DNA of 20,925 nt from an uncultured archaeon (GTDB lineage: Archaea; Asgardarchaeota; Lokiarchaeia; Sigyniarchaeales; SOKP01). Numbering within the stretch: the first letter of the stretch is position 1; every line of letters begins with the position of its first letter. The translations under genes and the position numbers were made by a program. Under the pieces are notes generated by a model, which made no database searches, was not told the origin of the DNA, and saw only the letters and a list, made by a program, of their open reading frames with translations. Below are positions 16,324-20,925 of this stretch, in pieces. The DNA is taken from assembly GCA_964493715.1 (NCBI GenBank), contig CAZBPC010000061.1:1-20925 (forward strand), given 5' to 3'.

Positions 16324-17064
16324 TTATTTATTTCCATATTTTTTGAAGATTAGAATTCCCAAAATCACTACTACTATGCTAAATATTGCAATAAAAGCGA
16401 AATCTATTAAGATGTTAGCACTCAGTAGATTAGCACCATTAAAAATAGATGTTAATGCATCAGTGGCATAATAACTGGGAAGGAAAACCGCAATTACTCT
16501 AGTTGTACTTGTTATCGGTAAAAATGTTCCAAAAAACATTTGAGGGAGAATGAAAATAAATGAAATACCAGTTGCTGTTCCAGCATTTTTAGAAATTGAT
16601 GCTGTAATGAGTCCCAATCCCACAGAACTTAATGAGAATAAAGCCATCAGTAAAAATGCAAACAAGATTCCTACAATGTCGCTATTAGAATTAAATCCTA
16701 CTAACAGTGCTATAACATATACTATTGCAACTTGCATCATAGAGAGTATCATATTAGAGAGTAAATTAGCCAACATGAAATCACTAGACGACATTGGTGT
16801 AGTATTGAGTCTTCTCAATACTCCTTGTTCTCTTAATTCGGTAAACGATTGTGAAACAGTCATTATGATAAATATACATGCGTAAGCAAATAATCCCGGA
16901 ACCATAACATTAAAAGTGTTACCAAGTTCAGGATCACTAAAAGCGAATCCAAAGGTGAGTGTAAGAACCGCGGGAAATAAAAGCATCAAAAATAAGTATG
17001 CTGGCTCCCTAACGAGTTTTAGAAGTTCCATTTTCAATAGAGCTAAAATTTTTTGGATATCCAT
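16324..17064 (-). CDS. ABC-2 type exporter permease
   Basis: REP...LLFP, VPGL, ELREQGVLRRLNTTP, FFGTFLP and FLPSYYATDAL; about six TM segments; start overlaps the ATPase stop. Confidence 0.9.
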   Translation of the reverse strand: MDIQKILALLKMELLKLVREPAYLFLMLLFPAVLTLTFGFAFSDPELGNTFNVMVPGLFAYACIFIIMTVSQSFTELREQGVLRRLNTTPMSSSDFMLANLLSNMILSMMQVAIVYVIALLVGFNSNSDIVGILFAFLLMALFSLSSVGLGLITASISKNAGTATGISFIFILPQMFFGTFLPITSTTRVIAVFLPSYYATDALTSIFNGANLLSANILIDFAFIAIFSIVVVILGILIFKKYGNK

Positions 17065-17909
17065 TAGACTCCCTCCATAATTTTTCTTCCAGTTATTTTC
17101 ATAAATACTTCTTCTAAATTTTTGACTTCATATTTCTTTATTAAATCTTGTGGAGTTCCTATTTCAATTAATTTACCGTAATCAATTACAGCTACTCTAT
17201 CGCATAGCGCTTCTGCTTCTTCAATATAATGTGTCGTAAGGAAGATGGTTTTATTTTTAGTTTTAAGAGATCCAATGAACTCCCAAGTCGCTCTCCGTGC
17301 TCTTGGATCCATACCCACTGTGGGTTCATCTAAAAATGCTATTTTAGGCTCATGAATTAACGAAATTATCATATTAAGTTGCCTTAGCATCCCACCACTA
17401 TATCCTTTCGTTTTTCTTCTACTTGCTTTTGATAAATCTAGAAATTCTAAAAGTTTATTGGTCTTATCAGTTATTTCAGCCTTTTTCATCGAATATAGCT
17501 TCCCAAAAAGTTCGATGTTCTCTATACCCGTAAGAAATTTAAAAACGGATGGCTCTTGAGGACATACTCCAATCAATTCTTTGATATGAGAGAGCCCATC
17601 ATATACATCATAACCGTTAACAATTGCGGTTCCACTTGTTGGTTTTTCAAGCCCAATCAACATGTTAATTGTTGTAGTCTTTCCTGCTCCATTCGGTCCC
17701 AAAAAACCAAATAATTCTCCAGGCTTTACTTTAAAGGAGACGTCCTCGACTGCGATAATATCATCATATCCCTTTTTCCCTCTGAATACTTTCCTTAAAT
17801 TTTGTACTTCAATCGAAAATTCACTATTGGGATTTATGATATTTTCGGGTTTTTCATATGGTTTTATTTTTATTGACACTTTTAAATCACTTCCATAATC
17901 ATTGATCAT
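17064..17909 (-). CDS. ABC exporter ATP-binding protein (DrrA/NodI-like)
   Basis: GFLGPNGAGKTT, YSGGM, FLDEPTVGMDP, TTHYIEEAEALCDR and LEEVFMKITG. Confidence 0.93.
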   Translation of the reverse strand: MINDYGSDLKVSIKIKPYEKPENIINPNSEFSIEVQNLRKVFRGKKGYDDIIAVEDVSFKVKPGELFGFLGPNGAGKTTTINMLIGLEKPTSGTAIVNGYDVYDGLSHIKELIGVCPQEPSVFKFLTGIENIELFGKLYSMKKAEITDKTNKLLEFLDLSKASRRKTKGYSGGMLRQLNMIISLIHEPKIAFLDEPTVGMDPRARRATWEFIGSLKTKNKTIFLTTHYIEEAEALCDRVAVIDYGKLIEIGTPQDLIKKYEVKNLEEVFMKITGRKIMEGV

Positions 17910-17957
17910 TGTAAGGTTAATATTAATATAAATTAACTTTAGTCCAATCTTTAATAT

Positions 17958-18017
17958 AGAAATGAGATAATTCGCTTTTATTATTAATGATAATCAGATA
18001 TAGCAGAAATGAGATAA
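17958..18017. promoter_or_regulatory. 13-bp direct repeat AGAAATGAGATAA x2 upstream of the ABC operon; candidate regulator sites
   Basis: Exact copies at 17958-17970 and 18005-18017 (47-bp period), with a partial AATGATAA between them. Confidence 0.45.
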
Positions 18018-18207
18018 AAAAATAAGCAAAATGGGAGGTTTTTAACCCACTTGGGTGAAAAATTGTACATAAAAAAAATGACTATCTCTCTAAAATAAGG
18101 TTCTATTACCTCATTGAACGAAATTAAAATTTTCTTTATATATAAAATTTACAATTTTATTACCCATTTATCACGATTATAGTGAAAAAAGGGGTAATTT
18201 AGAATTA

Positions 18208-19119
18208 TTAGAGATTTATCTCTTGAACCTTCTCTTTAAGATAAGTTTCTCTCCATGTGGGAAAAAATTTAGATTCAATAAGTATTGTAACTTCTACAGA
18301 ATCATAATTTTCAGAAAGAAGTGATGATTCTATCTCTTGAAGTTCTTTCATTGATTCTGTCCAAACACATATAAGTTTTATATAAGGTAAATTACTAAAA
18401 ACCCACGAATAAACAATTCTGGAGCCATAAACTTTTTTTAAGCCTTGAAGGAAATCTCGATCATCAATTAAAGAATCAGATTTTAACTTTAGGACGATCA
18501 TGCTAAAAATTGAGGAGGGAAACCAATTTAAATAAAATTCTATTAAAGAGTTTTCAATCAAATTATCTAATCGTCTCTTAACTGTCTTGGTGGAAGCTCC
18601 TATTTCTTCTGCTACATCAGAAATGGTTTTTCTAGAATTATCTTTTAAAGAATTTACAATAAGATAATCCAAATGAGTAAGCCTTTTTTTATCATTTATT
18701 GATACTGAATATAAATTTCGATCAATTCCAATTGTAAGTTCACTTATTTTTCCCGTTGTTCTTATAAAAGTAATTAATGAATCCAGTTCATTCATATTTT
18801 GAATATAAGCATGGATATAGAATACATTTCCACTAGCACGTGAAATACTATATATAAACTCATTATCACCTAATTTTTTTAAAAGAAATTTCTTATCTTT
18901 TACATTTGGAGTTCCAAACATCACGATATGTGATAAATTTGGAAAATTAGCGAAACCTAATCTTGCTTTAAAATCTTTTATAATATCCAATTCTACTAAC
19001 GATTTAACACGTTTATGGATTGAATTGATACTAATATGAAATTCATCAGCTAATTGTTTATAGGGTGTCCTTGAATCAGCCATTAATATTATTAAAATTT
19101 TAAGATCAATTTCATCCAA
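18208..19119 (-). CDS. Tandem-domain Lrp/AsnC family transcriptional regulator
   Basis: MDEIDLKIL...DSRTPYKQLA...SIHKRVKSL and a second HTH LTHLDYLIV...NSRKTISDVAEEIGASTKTVKRRL. Confidence 0.88.
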   Translation of the reverse strand: MDEIDLKILIILMADSRTPYKQLADEFHISINSIHKRVKSLVELDIIKDFKARLGFANFPNLSHIVMFGTPNVKDKKFLLKKLGDNEFIYSISRASGNVFYIHAYIQNMNELDSLITFIRTTGKISELTIGIDRNLYSVSINDKKRLTHLDYLIVNSLKDNSRKTISDVAEEIGASTKTVKRRLDNLIENSLIEFYLNWFPSSIFSMIVLKLKSDSLIDDRDFLQGLKKVYGSRIVYSWVFSNLPYIKLICVWTESMKELQEIESSLLSENYDSVEVTILIESKFFPTWRETYLKEKVQEINL

Positions 19120-19233
19120 AAATTAACACTTTTTCAAATTTAATAATTTAAAATAATCAATTCATTTAATATAACAATCTACAATTTAAGAATTAGTCTA
19201 TCAAAATTTAAAATTTATTCGGAAATTAATCGT

Positions 19234-19818
19234 ATGACTTTAATTTTTATTATTCATTCAGAAACAATAAATCTTGAACGCTCTTCTATTAAAGATCTTC
19301 CTGGATCTTCTGGAAGGTTAGATGTTCTTTGTAGATGTATCTTAGCCGCGTTATATCAAAATTCTGAACTTGAGGAAGATGTCCAAATTTGGGTTTTCAT
19401 TGATACTTATGGAACCTATATCTTTAATTCTGAAAAGTTTGATGTTAATTTTCCAAAAAACGAACTGATGCTAGCTAAGTATTTTATCGACTTTATTTTA
19501 CATGAAAACAACAATATGTCCAATCCATTGTATCCAATTGAAAAATCAAGTATAAGCATTTTTAAAGCTATTGAAGAATTTAGTAAAAAAGGTTGTTTAG
19601 TTATCATTTTAAACGAAGATGGAGAAGATTTTGGTGATTTTATGGAAATAAAACATCGAAATCAAGACTATGTATTTATCATAGGAGACCAAACTGGTAA
19701 TTTTATGAATAAAAGGGAGTTAATGGGATTAAATCTCACTAATTTAAGCTTGGGTAAGCAATCATACTTAGCATCTTCAGTAATTAGGTTGATCAAAATG
19801 ACTCTACTCAAATTATAA
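19234..19818 (+). CDS. trmY: tRNA (pseudouridine(54)-N1)-methyltransferase TrmY-like SPOUT methyltransferase
   Basis: KDLPGSSGRLDVLCRCI, LNEDGED, FIIGDQTG and LSLGKQSYLAS motifs. Confidence 0.85.
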   Translation: MTLIFIIHSETINLERSSIKDLPGSSGRLDVLCRCILAALYQNSELEEDVQIWVFIDTYGTYIFNSEKFDVNFPKNELMLAKYFIDFILHENNNMSNPLYPIEKSSISIFKAIEEFSKKGCLVIILNEDGEDFGDFMEIKHRNQDYVFIIGDQTGNFMNKRELMGLNLTNLSLGKQSYLASSVIRLIKMTLLKL

Positions 19819-19885
19819 CAAAAAATTTTATAACTTACAGAATGTTTAAATTATCACATTTCATTAAGGAGAAACTGATTAGGAA

Positions 19886-20557
19886 TTGAATGAAATAGGA
19901 CAACCACGCAATAAACAAGAAGCTCAAAGAAGATTATTATTTAAATTCATTGATACTCCAGTTAAATTTCTAATCAAACATAATGTTTCCCCAAACATGC
20001 TTTCTTTTTATGGTTTTTTATGTTCTCTTATTTCAGCGATATTTATTGGGATGGGAGGATTGCACTTTTCATTTTGGTTAGGGTGGATTGGTCCTTTTCT
20101 TTTTTTTTGGACAGGTGCTTTCGATGTTTTTGATGGAGAAGTAGCAAGGAGAACTAATCAAAATTCCAAAGCAGGAGCCTTCTTAGATTCAAATTTAGAT
20201 CGTCTTTCTGATGCCGTGATCATTTTGGGTATGGTATTCGGAAATCTGATTAATTATATAGTTGGATATATCTTAATATTCCTCGTCATCATGATCTCCT
20301 ATATTCGAGCAAGAGCAGAAAGTGAAGGTCTTGAAATGAGGGGTATTGGAATCATGGAAAGAGCAGAACGCGTGATAATTCTGTTCTTTTTCTTTATAGG
20401 GGAAGTATGGGCATATTTTCTAACAGATCTTGTTTTTGGAGCCCCTAGTCCATTATTTAGTCAATTATTTATTTTAATATTTATGTTATTATGTCTTTAT
20501 ACAGTTATTCAACGTCTTACTTATTCCTATAAATCTTTAAGCAAGAACGATAATTGA
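19886..20557 (+). CDS. CDP-alcohol phosphatidyltransferase, likely archaetidylinositol phosphate synthase
   Basis: VSPNMLS, DVFDGEVARR...GAFLDSNLDRLSD signature, ISYIRARAE and GIMERAER. The substrate is inferred from these motifs and from the position next to rps26e. Confidence 0.88.
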   Translation: MNEIGQPRNKQEAQRRLLFKFIDTPVKFLIKHNVSPNMLSFYGFLCSLISAIFIGMGGLHFSFWLGWIGPFLFFWTGAFDVFDGEVARRTNQNSKAGAFLDSNLDRLSDAVIILGMVFGNLINYIVGYILIFLVIMISYIRARAESEGLEMRGIGIMERAERVIILFFFFIGEVWAYFLTDLVFGAPSPLFSQLFILIFMLLCLYTVIQRLTYSYKSLSKNDN

Positions 20558-20697
20558 AAGGAAATTTGTGAATGCAACTAACAAATGAAGTTAATATCTT
20601 TAAAATCTGAGATTTTTTAGCTAAAAGAATAAATTTTTTAAATTTTGCCTTATTTAATTATTTAGCATCAAATACTAATAATTCAAAAGAAGAAAAA

Positions 20698-20925
20698 ATG
20701 CCAAAGAAGAGAAGGAGTTCCGGAAAGAGTGGTTCCAGCAAGGGACATTACAGTCAAGTTCAATGCGCCAAGTGTGGGAGATTTGTACCAAGGAGTAAAG
20801 CCAAAGCGGTGACTCGAAGAGTCTCGTTGGTTGATGGAAGAATGTTCACTGAACTAAAAAAAACAGGAACGATTATTCAAAGTCCTAGCAAAAAAAATTA
20901 CTACTGCATCTCATGCGCGATACAT
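20698..20925 (+). CDS. rps26e: 30S ribosomal protein S26e (eS26), 3'-truncated by the window end; absent from the ORF track
   Basis: Manual translation MPKKRRSSGKSGSSKGHYSQVQCAKCGRFVPRSKA...LVD...YYCISCAIH carries the eS26 CxxC...CxSCAIH zinc motif. Confidence 0.95.
   Translation, partial: MPKKRRSSGKSGSSKGHYSQVQCAKCGRFVPRSKAKAVTRRVSLVDGRMFTELKKTGTIIQSPSKKNYYCISCAIH

Noticed and set aside
890-19607. Short antisense ORFs in the track (890, 3093, 3749, 5404, 7164, 7506, 9183, 10156, 11127, 12734, 15262, 16550, 17662, 19416)
   Set aside because: All lie opposite well-supported genes and show no recognisable motifs; they are shadow ORFs.
1-20925. CRISPR array, transposase, integrase, intein or selenoprotein
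   Set aside because: No regularly spaced repeats, recombinase or transposase motifs, intein signatures or internal in-frame TGA were seen.

Overview
AT-rich archaeal window, most likely from an Asgard archaeon of the Lokiarchaeia type. This is inferred from TFB, Gar1, eS26, two Roadblock-like genes, tandem-domain Lrp regulators and a SIR2-TPR protein. Housekeeping genes dominate: ahcY, the archaeosine pair arcS-raSEA, gar1-tfb, a divergently split Ni/Co ECF transporter, an ABC-2 exporter, trmY, a CDP-alcohol phosphatidyltransferase and a 3'-truncated rps26e. An FmdE-TauE-ArsR cluster sits at the left end. Three signals are not in the ORF track. (1) A ~2.9 kb SIR2-TPR cassette lies between the intact ahcY 3' end (5085-5168) and a second, diverged copy of it (2134-2217; 69/84 nt identical, mostly synonymous changes). 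That copy has its own ATG, TATA-like box and T-tract, so it is either an insertion scar or an expressed 23-aa AhcY-tail peptide. (2) A perfect 22-bp palindrome lies upstream of the SIR2-TPR gene. (3) Two candidate ncRNAs occupy the 13200-13562 gap: a C/D-box-like sRNA and a 118-nt structured RNA with tRNA-Ala-like motifs. All calls come from reading motifs by eye; no database searches were run.
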